A stretch of 64,000 bases of DNA from Octopus sinensis (taxonomy: Eukaryota): assembly GCF_006345805.1 (NCBI RefSeq), contig NC_043012.1:47616001-47680000 (forward strand). The letters run 5' to 3'. The notes beneath the pieces are model-generated. The model ran no database searches. It saw only the letters and a program-made list of their open reading frames with translations, and had not been told where the DNA came from. Shown here piece by piece: positions 51,770 through 64,000 of the stretch. The number at the start of each line of letters is the position of its first letter. Positions within the stretch are counted from its first letter, which is position 1. The position numbers were made by a program, and so were the translations under genes.

Positions 51770-52022
51770 GGATCACCAATCGTAGATTGGCATATTTCGG
51801 TCTATTATGCGGAGAAAATCCTGAAGAAGGACATCATGCTCGGAATGGTCAGTGGCAAGAGAGGAAGAGGCCGACCAAGAACCCGCTGGCTAGACACCAT
51901 CAAGTGTGATACTGGAATGGACATAGCCAATCTGAAAGAAGCGGCCCAGGATACAACTGACTGGAGGACAATGATTCAACGTGTGACCGAGAGTCGGCTT
52001 CGACTGAGCGGATAGATAGATA
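51770..52022 (+). pseudogene. RTE/BovB-like LINE 3' end
   Basis: KKDIMLGMVSGKRGRGRPRTRWLDTIK...LKEAAQDTTDWRTMIQRVTESRLRLSG* followed by short GATA repeats. Confidence 0.85.
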
Positions 52023-53037
52023 GTAAGAGGAGAGTGCAGACTGCCTATTTATTGACATATATTTATGTTTATATGTATGTATGTATGTGTATGTGTATGT
52101 ATTTATATATGGGTGTATGTATGTATGTATGTATGTATGTATGTATGTATGTACTTGTGTTTATGTGTGTATGTATGTACGTGCATATAACGTAAATGAA
52201 TAGGAGTTTATAATCCAGGCAAGTGCCTTATCAAAATTATGATATAATCCAGATCGGGCTAACCACATATGATAAGAAACATACAAAAATGTTTGTAGTT
52301 ATGGATAGGTAAATCCTGAATTCGCTTAATTGCATGGCTGAAGTAAATTGAGAATTGAAGCGTAAGGCAGTCGTGTGTGGGGGATCCTAAAACATTAGAG
52401 TACATGACAGCGAAGATTGTTTAAAATACGATATGACTATTTTACTGGTCTCAATGAAAGCAAAAATGACCATTTTAAAATTTTAAGTAAGAGATTAGAT
52501 TAAATTAGGTCAGGAGGTATTCATGACACTAACAACACAAATAGGATGAGATACTACTTATAATATAAGCCGGCAGATTTAAGAGGAATCGAAAATACTA
52601 AGAGATAATATAGAAATAAATAAATAACCTTTCTATTTGAGTGTTTAGACGATTCCATAATAATACAATTGTATTGTTATTTTAATATTAGAAGTGTAGT
52701 ACTGATTGAGAAGAGTAAAAAGTTGAAACTCTAATTATAATTAGTCTCAATCTAGGAAACGCCCTACAATCTTGACTTTTATTGTGAAAGTGTTAAAATC
52801 TAAACAGAATAAATTAAAGATTACTGGACTTGGTTAACTTGTGTGCACTTCTGTCGATGTGATATCTGATTAAAAACACTTATTTGGAAGATGTTTAAAT
52901 ACTTTTCTGAATGAATTTGCGCATTTCAAAACTTATTCACTTCTGTGAATTAAGAATCTGTAACTAGAGGTAAAAACATGGAATATTTCTTCTAAGCATA
53001 GACTACACTTCTAATTATTTATATTATCTACGTAATT

Positions 53038-53245
53038 GACTGATATTTGTCCTTATCTTTGTCTTGGGGAAATTTTGAACCTGAGTTCCAAATTTCCCCA
53101 AGACACGTGATGAAGGCTGGAGGTATATCAGCCGAAACGTTGTGTAAACAGCAAACACGATGAGGACAAGTATATGTCAATTGTAAATAATGTAAATAAT
53201 GTACGTAATTCTTCATCTCTTCAATATAGAACTGTACACTTCTAA
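53038..53245 (+). mobile_element. Short PLE-like element with hammerhead motif and upstream inverted tail copy
   Basis: ACAC-GUGAUGA-A-GGCUG-GAGGUAUAU-CAGCC-GAAA-C-GU-U-GUGU at 53103-53145; 15-bp hairpin 53061-53075/53090-53104. Confidence 0.72.
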
Positions 53246-53339
53246 TTCCCAATAGTATACAGAGAAATGCTACTAATAATTGCCCATATAATATCATATT
53301 TAGTGTCATTCTTTAATGCGCAGATGAAGCCACTAAAAC

Positions 53340-54370
53340 TTGTACAGTTCATTTTTGAATAAACAATGGTCGCAAATCGCATAAGTATCATGTACCATGG
53401 TCATTTGCGCCTGATGGCTGATATCTGGCGTGCAATGAGCATAATGCTGTAGTATTTAGCAGCCATCACCCGATTGGTGATTTCTATCAAAATGTGGTCA
53501 GAAATGAGTGATATCAATTCCTTTTGACTGTCATGTCCCAAATAATGAGCAACTGTTTCTGCATTCTGAATATGTCGCATGTGCTCTGGCAGAATGGGAT
53601 TGAACTTAGCAAGCAATTGCACTTCGCCTAAAAAATGTCCATTACCACGGACCTAGAAACTATCGAAAATACCACGAAAGGCCATGTTCCTCTCAGCTAA
53701 AATAGACCAATTGCCAATATACGTTCTAACACTGCATGGTGCGAGCTCTCTCCTTTTCCACTAACGCAATCGCCTGTTTGTCAATAGTTGAGGCAGTTTT
53801 AAGGCGAAATTCATCATGTGGTGCTTATGGTCCATTGATTTCTGTTGTTCTTCTAAGGTCTTACTCAAATATTACCAACTGCTGACACTTTGAAGTGTTA
53901 TTCTCATTTTACTGCGACCAAACTGCTTGCAGCAGAAACAATACCTCGCATCATGCTGAATTGATAATACAAACTACGTACGAAGTAAGTTTTCCTATTT
54001 GGTGGCATCTTAGAATAGAAGTCGGAATTGAATCTGAGGTTTTCTTTCGTATTTTTTACTTGAACATCTCCAAGTTTCACAATATTTTCAGCAATATGTA
54101 AAGGTTGTTGACAGCATGCATCTTATAAGTCCTTCGGAATTCTGTTCCCTGCTTAAAATGTAGTAACCTGCTGTGAATTTGTTGTTGCTCGGTGTTTCCG
54201 TCATTATTTGCTTGCCTGTCCGGGCAGTGGTGCATCGCTATTCGATGATAGTAATGTCGCTGATGTATATGGTATCATAAATTGATCCATGATTTCAGCC
54301 ATACTCTTCCTGTCATTTGCAGCCAGTTTCTCTTATTTTTTGCACTTTATACACCGGATTCATGCTTTCG
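53340..54370 (-). pseudogene. hAT transposase remnant (ZMYM1/DUF4371, Tip100-like)
   Basis: KHESG; QHDARYCFCCKQFG (TTF finger); LAERNMAFRG...GNGHFLGEVQLLAKFNP; HYLGHDSQKELISLIS...AAKYYSIM. Confidence 0.85.
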
Positions 54371-55079
54371 AATCGACATCACTTGAGATTTTAAATACAA
54401 GATGCTCTATAAAAATACCATGAAATTTATTGCATAAGATTAATGTAGGATTTACAAATGTTACATATACACGTAATACTTAGGCCTTAATCAACAAGTA
54501 TAAATATATACTTTGGCCTACATGTATTTGCTTATGACAGACAGATATAGGTGATACAGATACAAATACAAGAAACAGGTGTAATGTGTATACTTAAGTA
54601 TAGCTACAAAACATGCATTGAAATATAACTTTTAAAAAGTGTATGACATGTATTAAACCCATTTCTGCCTTTTGTTTCAACTAGCGGGAAGTTTCATTTA
54701 TGGAACTTTTTTTTTCATTTCAACTAATTTATTTTCCATACAGTCACCGCGGATGCTTACATTTCGCTACCAAAGAATTATGTCACTATATTTCAGATAT
54801 TTTAATAAAAACAGCTCTTTATCAAAACTTTAGAACTCGCATATAATTCCATCGTATTAAAACATCAAATCTGAAATCCTTTTTAAATTTATGTGAGTAA
54901 TAAGGATCAGAGTATACGAAGCCTATTTAAATAAGAACCTTCGTGATACAATGTAATATTTTTACAAGAACTTTTGCAGGTACAATGTATTACCATTTTA
55001 TCTTTTGAGATTTTCAGGTAACATAGATTAACGATGTATTGAGAGGAATTCTTTGGAGTTAGAATAATTCACCTGTAGC

Positions 55080-55330
55080 AACTCTTATTCAAGGACCTAT
55101 TGAGTGAGACGGGCTACTCAACCTGAAGAAAATTCTAACTGGGCCCCACCTGCTAGGTCATGCGTTGTTTATCTTGATATGAGATCACAATGTCGAGTAC
55201 ATATAGTTGTGATGTATGAGCCTAGTGTACCCTTATCAGACAAGTAGTCATGATGGGTATAAAGGGCTTTGTGTATTTTACCCCGGTGTTGCATTGATGA
55301 GCTGCACCGCTTTCTCACGCCTTAATAATG
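55080..55330 (+). mobile_element. Short retroposon fragment with (AAT)n tail
   Basis: GC-richer island ending CTTTCTCACGCCTTAATAATGATGATGATAATAAT; family not assigned. Confidence 0.5.
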
Positions 55331-55471
55331 ATGATGATGATAATAATAATAATATAATAATAATAATAATATAATAATAATAATGATAATAATAATAATA
55401 ATAATAATAACAACAACAACAACAACAACAACAAAAACAGAAACAACAATTACAACAACAACAATAGTCAT

Positions 55472-55652
55472 TTCTACTAAAGACTTAAAGCTTGAAATTT
55501 GGTGGGAAGTGGTTAGTCGATTACATAGACCCCAGTACACAATTGCTACTTATTTTATCGACTCCGCATAATTTGAACTCAGAACGTAAGGACGGACGGA
55601 ATATCGTTAAGAATTTTGTCCGGCTTGCTAACTATTCTGCCAGATCGCTGCT
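55472..55652 (-). mobile_element. Degenerate SINE family A
   Basis: Plus strand GACCCCAGTACAC...ATTTGAACTCAGAACGTAAG...TCTGCCAGATCGCTGC. Confidence 0.8.
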
Positions 55653-55654
55653 TT

Positions 55655-55713
55655 AACAACAACAAGAATAGCAGCAGCAGCAGCAATAGTAATATTATTA
55701 TTATTATTATTAT

Positions 55714-55772
<59 letters not shown>

Positions 55773-55790
55773 ACAGCAGCAGCAGCAGCA
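55655..55790 (+). repeat. (CAA)(CAG)(TAT)(TAG)n compound microsatellite
   Basis: Direct reading. Confidence 0.95.
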
Positions 55791-56411
55791 AGAGCACAAT
55801 GGCCGTAATAGCAATAATATGATGAGTATGGAACATTTTCTTTATCATACATTGCTACATTGATTCATCTAGCTCTGGTTTATTAAAGTTCCTGTTTTGC
55901 TATACACAGTTGCAATATAATATTTACAGTCCGCTGAAGTGATAAAATAACGAAAGATAACACAAAACAAAATTTAATTTGGAAAGTAATTTCAAACTTT
56001 TACCATCAGACCAGTTTCCGCATGTAACACAGACCACTGACGGAAAATAACCCGACTGAGATCTATACAACAGATGACTGGGCCTCATAATTATATTCAA
56101 ATGTGTTAGAGGAATATTTTGCATGCATGAAACAAGATATATCTTAAAGAATTTTGAAATACATCAAAATGATTTTGATCTGAAGAGAAACCAGTGTCAG
56201 ACACATCAGAACATTAACATCTGGTAGGAAAAAAATAATATCAGACGTAATTTGGTGATAAAATTTACATTATAGACAAAGATATAAGCACCATCTAAGA
56301 AAAGCAAGTAAATCAGACAGTGTACGTATGTATACTTATGTGCGTGTGTGTATGCGAGTGTGTGTGTGTGTATGTGTCTGTCTGTCTGTCTTTGTATTTT
56401 ATATTCATCTG

Positions 56412-56459
<48 letters not shown>

Positions 56460-58299
56460 CATATACATATATAAATACATACATAGGTATATATATATAT
56501 ATATACACAAACAAATATACATAAACTTCTATAGGTTTATACACACACATATATATACCTATAATTAGGTGTGTGTATATGTAAATATAAATAACTACAT
56601 ATGTGGGCATGCCTATTAACATACATGTTTGCATATGTTCATGCATATGTATGTGCGATTATTCACAAAATAAAGACGCTGTATAGTTGAAGCTTGATTC
56701 TCAGACTGATCTCTCACATGTTGTATCACGTGTTTCTTATTCATTCCAAATGCTATAGTCGCCACTGAGACACGTCTTGTAAATCTTCTGGTCTATTTTG
56801 TATTATGCTGCGAAAATACCAGAAGTCTGAATGTGCTTATCTTAAGAACTATTCCTTTCTTGGTAACAGGGTCATGCACTGGTCTTGTGCTTATTCCTTA
56901 CCTCGTTTATTTAAACCTGCATCCCTCAATGTTTAGTGGAATATTTCAATTTCTTACTAAAATCGATCGCAGATTATCTAATATCGATGGTCAAGATATT
57001 GGTTACTACATTTCTATGAATTTATCTAATCAAAATCTTCCGATTCGAAGTGAGTTTTTGAAATACATCAGTATTAATGAATATACTGATGATTATCTTT
57101 GAAATACAGGTGTCAAAATCCTTCCTAAGCATTTATTACTAAGGTAAATAAGAAGAGAGTGAAATATCTTAGCTGTATAATACGACTAGCCATTTACTAC
57201 GTAGTGTATGGATTGCACTATAACTTAGAAATGTCCAGCCCAACGAGCTTGATTGTATAAAGTGACATTTGTGACACGAGGTTACTGTAGCGTAAAACTG
57301 CACATCCGATCGAAGGAGGAAGCGCTGTTTCAGGCGTCAGGAAGGGGACAGTTTGGAAAGGAATGAGAATCTAAGGTATTTTTTTTTACACTTTTCTTGT
57401 CTTCACAAGATTCATAGCATTTTTTTCTTTTGTTCAACTAAATGTTTTGCAAGTTTTTGAGGTTTCTTCTTTCACAGAACTCCTACATTTTAGTCAATGC
57501 TTTATCATTTTAGTTCAAGACGTCCTTCCGCTTAAAATCGCTCCTCGCTTTCATGCTACATTCCCGTTTACGTTATACTCACGCCTGCTCCCGCCTCATC
57601 ATACCCACGCTTTAATGAGACGCACATCACGATACAGACGCAAACACACATACCTACGCACACAAACACACACATACACACACACGCACACACGGTCGCG
57701 CGCATCTCCTATTCCCACTAAACTGCGCAACTACTCTTTGGCAGATATAACACCTCCAAACCAAGTACACCACTCCAGTATATGCCCGCTTCAAGGTATG
57801 AATACGTTCATCTATACTTGCATATAGATAACTGTTCCTACGCCCTTACACTTTCCACATCTCTTCGTTTTGTACTACCAGTGTTCTCTATTATATTGTC
57901 CATTGCATGTACATTCATATACATCCATCCGTCCCTCCATCCATCCAGTCATACGAACACACAACTATACATATATATATATATATGCATACATTCACAC
58001 GCATACACCCAGACACACACGCACACGAAGATATATATGTGCATGTGTGTGTGTGTTTATGTATTGTTTTTATATATGGATGTTTGCTAAGATATATATA
58101 TATGTGTGTGGTGTGTGTGTGTGTGTGTGCGTGTGTGTGCGCGTGTGTGTTGAACCGTTATTCCCTACAACTTTTTCCCTCACTGCATGTTTTTCGTTCT
58201 CTCTTCCTTCTTTTCCTCCTAAGCCTTTCAGTTGAAGACCATAGGCGTGAAACATGCAAGACTTTCCTATTCTTGGAATTAATGTTGGCATTCAGACTA

Positions 58300-59005
58300 A
58301 GCTTTGAATAAAGGAAACCCTTTCCATATTGCTACTGCAAGAGTGAAAACGCAGATGAAATGCAAAGACAGTTTAGGGGGGAGTTTCAAACAGATCCACC
58401 AACGCGACTTACCATCACTCGAACTAGACAAAAGTTTGAAACCGATGGAACACTTCAGAATGTCCACGAGAAGCGTTCTGGAAAACCACGAACATGGACA
58501 ACCCCAACAAAGTAAGAAGTGCTGGAAACGTATCACCAAAGTCCATGAAAATCTGTGCGGTAAGCGAGTCGTGGGGCAGGTATTTCAAAAGTGTCTGACC
58601 AACGCATTTTGGAGAGTTGTCAATGGAAAAGTTACGTTTCAAGATTAGTCCATTTGACGATGATCCAGACCGAAGAGTGCAATATTTCGAGTGGTACTTG
58701 GCACGATGCGTAGCAATTGCACACTTTCAGACGAAGATTGCGTGGGGGTGATGAAGCCACATTGAAATTAAATAGCTCAATTAACCTCCTCAATTGCACC
58801 TAGTGGGATCCTGAGAATCCACATGCTATGGTGGAACACCATGTTAAATTACGAGGAGTTACAATGTGGTGTGGCTTATCATCAAGACTACTATGACTGG
58901 TCCCGTTTATTTGAACTTGCTGCAACAATCTTTCATGCCAATCATAAGAGAAGACTTTGAAGATGAGGTGTTTTATTTTCAGCACGATGGAGCACTCCCA
59001 CGCTA
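58300..59005 (+). pseudogene. Tc1/mariner transposase remnant (DUF4817-type HTH, DDD domain)
   Basis: QRQFRGEFQTDPPTRLTI...KFETDG...RSGKPRT; [10 protein letters not shown]...WDPENPH...VTMWCGL; [11 protein letters not shown]; stops and an internal deletion. Confidence 0.85.
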
Positions 59006-59066
59006 CGATCTCATCAAAGAAGTATCTGCACACATGCATTTACAGATCCAAGCATTTATATGACTA

Positions 59067-59127
<61 letters not shown>

Positions 59128-59154
59128 CTATTTCTCTCTCTCTCTCTATCTATC

Positions 59155-59277
<123 letters not shown>

Positions 59278-59539
59278 ATATATATATATATATACACATT
59301 TATATATATTATATATATATATATGTATTTATATATACATAGATGTATATATGAATATACATACATATATATACATATATATATATGTGTGTGTGTGTAT
59401 ACGTTAAAACCGCCAGACATAATTAGGAATATTGTGTGAGGCATATGTAGGTGTTTATTGATTAATATGGGTCACTATATTTCTAATTATGGCTGTCGGT
59501 AAGTTCTAATTTTATGAACATAAATGATGTCTCGATTCA

Positions 59540-59870
59540 GCTTCCTACTAATGCATTGTTGTGTCTAGGAAGTTGGCTATCGTCAAATTAGTGGGAAATG
59601 TTATGTTGCATCTAAATTCCTTAAAATTCTTATCTATTATATCTTTCCTAAAATCTGCCCATAGTTATATCATTCATTAATGAAGATATTTAGATGGCTT
59701 CTCTCTAAAACCTTGGACCATGCTGGCCGCTGATTTGAAAGATTTCCATGTAATCCGTTACCTCCCCACAATTTTAGCTTCTTTTACGCTCGTCGAATAA
59801 TTAGTTACCCTCCGCATTGACTCATTTGAACATGTCATAGCATAAAAATATTTCTCACCTTTCATAATGT
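59540..59870 (-). pseudogene. Degenerate PLE RT fragment
   Basis: FRKDII.KNFKEFRCNITFPTNLTIANFLD parallels KFREDLTEMLKEFGLSITVTTNLTTIYFLG at 23.4-23.6 kb. Confidence 0.55.
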
Positions 59871-60639
59871 TTTGGCATTAATCTCGCTTCTAGTGGTGAC
59901 AGTACTCTCAAAATGCAGAGTTTTGTCGAGTTTCAGAATGGTTAAACAGCGTACTGCTCGTATTTTACTTTCAAGTCACTTCATGATAGAATGTGGGTTT
60001 GCTGTTCTATTCGCGGTGCTTTAAATGCTTAATTTGACGTTGTCGTGAATACATATACTATTGATTTATTTTAATTTAGTAATGTTAATTTGAGGTTGAA
60101 ATTGAAATTGCAAACAGAGCAAAGGCAAATAAAATCCATGCCTACATTAAATAGCCGTCTCTTTAGAACACAGATATTACTTTCAAACTGGTTGCGAGCA
60201 TTAGAGTCGAATTTTTTGAGATCTGCTATATAGCCATTTAAAAACAAAAAAGATTGTGGAGAAATTCTTTAGTTTTGGGCAGAAATGACATCAAGGGCAC
60301 GATTACTACACCTTCAGCCCCTAAGAGACCAAAGGAGTTCGATTCAAATGCATTCTTTAAATTGCAATATCAATACCTAATCCACAAGTGGCCGTGCGGA
60401 AAGTAAAATATTCTACTGCGATCTACTGCATCAGCGGGTAAGAGATGAAACATAGCTGGTATTCAACCTAGGAAAACGACGGGTATTTTACTGATGTACT
60501 TACATGTATGTATATATCATGTATGTATGTGAGTATATACATACACATATAGATGTGTCTATACACACAGACACACACATATGTATATGTGAATATCTGG
60601 TGTGTAAATCACTTCAATCAATCAATCACACACACTCTC

Positions 60640-60682
<43 letters not shown>

Positions 60683-62147
60683 ATATATATATATACACAC
60701 ATTCGTTGCTTTCTTTCAAGGAATCTAATGCTCCTGGCTTAGTTTTGTTGTCCCATTATGTATGTATACTTATCACTCTATTACTATCGACGTGTCTATC
60801 GGAGGTTGTTTAACACTGGTTGTCACAATTTGCACCCAGCTTCATTGTGTCAATCATTGCATTTCCATCTTTGCCCAAATCGTCTACCAAATTCTTTCGT
60901 TAACTTTGTAGTGTTTTTCCCGATCTCTTGGATTATCATTCGGCAAATGCATGAGGCCACCTAATATCTGTCAAACTTGCGACATGTCCGACCGAGCGCA
61001 AATTGTACTTTTGGTATACTGTGACCCCCACTTGCCGCCCCATTTCGTGTATCTTCTCTTAATGATATTTCTAGCATGGAGCTTTCATAGTTGCAAATTG
61101 ATTTCCTTGTTTCTTCGTAGTGGTCCACGTTTCACTCGCGTATGAGAGCGGAAGAAGATGGGTGATACTGAACAGTCTGACCCCTACTGTGCATCCTTTC
61201 TGTCCTTCTTTTCTTCCAGATTTTTATAATACATATGATTATACACCACACTCAAATATTTGAATGTATATCTCTCGATATGTACGTATGTGTGTACGTG
61301 TGTGTATATATGTATGTATGCATGCCTGTATGTATGTATAAATGAATGACTACATGAGCACCAAGCAGTGATTAGGAATAAACTAACATTCAAATTGTAA
61401 AAACGTTGCACTTACCATGGGAGAAAAAATGTCTCTCATGATAAGACGTGTAAAAACACCATATCTCCAAATTACCTTTCATTCTCAGATTTTCAGATGA
61501 CCGTTCCTGGCATTTTAGCGTTCCGCAATGGGATATCTAATAGAGATAATACTGGACAGAGTCTAAGACGTAGCTTGAACTAAAAAACTCAAAATCAGTG
61601 CCTCAGTTGCGCTATTCGACCTTTGGATCGTGCTGAATACCACAGCAACAAGGTCAAGCAGCTATTAGGAATAAACAAACTTTAGGTTAGATAAAATATA
61701 TTTGTGACATATTTTAACTTCTGAATGTGAATTCACTGCAGTTACCGCGAAGAAAATGTCTTTCATATGGTAAAAAAATGTAAACGCACCGGGACAGGGG
61801 CAGTACTGGGCAGATACGGTGCAAGCTCCCTCAGCGCCTAGGCATAGTCAGATCACAGTTAATTCGGATTTATATTAATGCACTTCAGAGACCCATCTAG
61901 CGCTTTGGGTTAAACTCAACTTGCCTTGTCAGTTTATGAATTTATCGTGAAAATCATACGCTGATTTCCCCTCGTCAGTCATTAAGATGAAGCGCTTCTT
62001 GTTGCTATTAGTTGTTTTAACTCTTATTTCTAGCAGTACTGGTGCTGACGAGTGCCCTCAGTCACATTAATGACGTATATATTTCTAAATTGTGAACAAA
62101 CCACCCTTATTATTATACATACATATGTGTATGTGTGTATGTATACG

Positions 62148-62307
62148 AAAGGCTTCTTTCAGTTTCTGTCTATCAAATCCATCCACATGTCTGTGGTTGT
62201 CCTGAGACTTTAGTAGAAGACATTTGCCCAAGATGTCAGGCAGTGGGACCGAACTATACACCATTTAGTTAAGAAGCAAGGAAGCTTCCTACCACACAGC
62301 CATGCCT
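62148..62307 (-). mobile_element. SINE family B, 5' part
   Basis: GGCTTCTTTCAGTTTCTGTCTATCAAATCC...TTGCCCAAG...CTTCCTACCACACAGCCATGCCT. Confidence 0.8.
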
Positions 62308-62360
62308 GTATGTATGTATGTATGTATGTATGTATGTATGTATGTATGTATGTATGTATG

Positions 62361-62417
<57 letters not shown>

Positions 62418-63559
62418 TATATATAGTATGTGTGTATGTATGTATGTCTGTGTATGACGTATATGCATATATGTCATAGAGAGAGAAATAAATAGATACA
62501 GATATATATTCATACATATCTTAAGGCATGGAAACACGAAAAGTATCATGTAGGTACACACACAAATTCTAAATATTCAAGTGCAAACCGAATATATTAA
62601 AAGCGCGATAAGAATATAGATACTTGCGTACGAATGTGTGAATATACGAATGCGATTATATGTGTGTGTGTGTGCGTGTGTTTGTGTTCGCGTGTATTCT
62701 TTCAGTTTATGTTTATTTTATAGTACAAAAACATAAAAAACTCAATATAAGGTTCTATCGGATTTTCGTAGAGAATTTTATAACATCATTTATGTTAGAT
62801 GAACAGAGATAACAAATCCGAGTAGAGGAATTGTGCGCATGCGTCAGCTATGTTTGTAATCGCTGTTTACAGTTAACGCACCCACGTACAACACATACAC
62901 ACAGAACATGGAGATACGAAGAGACATGCACACACACACACATACGCATACAGAAACATATACATATGTAAACAAATAGAGTCAACAGATAAGATCCAGA
63001 TATTTTCAATGTAGAAAACAGTAGCGCTCAAAAGAGTTTAAGTTACATCCTGAAGCCTTTTACAGAGGACCAAGTCCGCGGTGTAAAAAAGTGGCAATAA
63101 TACGAATCCAACGAATCCAGGTGAGCGGATATGGAGATAATTATGTGAATAAGCACATAAAACTACTTGGGTTTGCTATGCAAAATATATATACATATAT
63201 ACACGTATACAGCATGATAATAGAGAGAAATGCAAGATTGAATATTTTCAGACGATGAATATTCAAGTATAAGTATATGGATAGAAAGATAGAAAATTAA
63301 AGGGGACAAGGCCCGACAGCTGTTTCTGGAGGCTCGGAGTTACTTCGTAATGTAGTTCACCAAAATATACAGCCAGTAATGGAATGAAATAAACATTGAG
63401 TAGATCCAGCATCTGTCATCAGAGTGCAGAGGTGAAAATCTGACATTTCAGATCATGATGTAAGGAAATTTAAATGTAGAATGGTGAAGAAATATTTAGC
63501 AGAAAGGGTGGTTTTTGTGGAAGGGGTATGTTGCTAGTGCGACTAAGATCTAACATTCC

Positions 63560-64000
63560 TTGTTAAGATTACCGTTGTACCTTCTTCTTAACCAGCACAT
63601 CTCCATTTGTAGCCATCACATCATCATATTTTGGATTTTCCCCACCTACCTTTAGCTTCCCTTAAACCATAACCACTTAGTATTACCTACAGCTGTCTTC
63701 GCTATCAATTTTATCCACCCCTCTCTCCCTCTCTGTCCACCTTCCTCTATTTACTCTCACACAATTATACATTCCTCAGGACTTTCCCGCTACCGCCAAC
63801 CCACCTTCATTCTTCCAATTCTCCCTTCACCACATATTAGCATCTTTAACTGGATCCTTTCCCCCTCTTTTCTGAGAATCTCGATTTGCCTTAGTTTATA
63901 GCTTTACCATCCCTAAATTTTAGCATCTATTTACAACAAGAAGGACCACCCTTCAAATACTACCCATGCAACAGGTCCCAGTTATCTCCCACCTCTCCTT
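63560..64000 (-). pseudogene. Possible highly decayed RTE endonuclease region
   Basis: Weak motifs GGLAV, MLICG, GYGL in a purine-rich minus strand; heavily disrupted. Confidence 0.3.

Noticed and set aside
56690-57120. Unique-looking stretch possibly from a decayed retroelement
   Set aside because: No diagnostic motif could be read in any frame

Overview
AT-rich eukaryotic non-coding DNA saturated with microsatellites. The repeat families and the (TA)n/(CA)n/(GATA)n density point to a coleoid cephalopod, most likely Octopus (inference from recognised repeats, not a database search). No intact host gene, rRNA, functional tRNA or CRISPR array is supported, and almost all ORFs in the supplied track are microsatellite artefacts. 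The window contains: (1) many tRNA-derived SINEs; (2) decayed non-LTR retrotransposons: HERO, R4/Dong, CR1-like, RTE/BovB-like, Penelope-like elements (PLE), and a 2.9-kb Tx1/L1-clade element lacking its endonuclease and RT that sits inside a (GATA)n array; (3) two hAT and one Tc1/mariner transposase remnants; (4) a near-identical 849-bp tandem duplication. The most interesting signal is a set of short non-coding elements, several embedded in (TA)n tracts, that carry minimal type I hammerhead-ribozyme (HHR) motifs. Two of them are outward-facing fold-backs with one motif per arm (cluster at 28.9-30.2 kb). Alignments and identities were judged by eye, and element boundaries are approximate unless stated.
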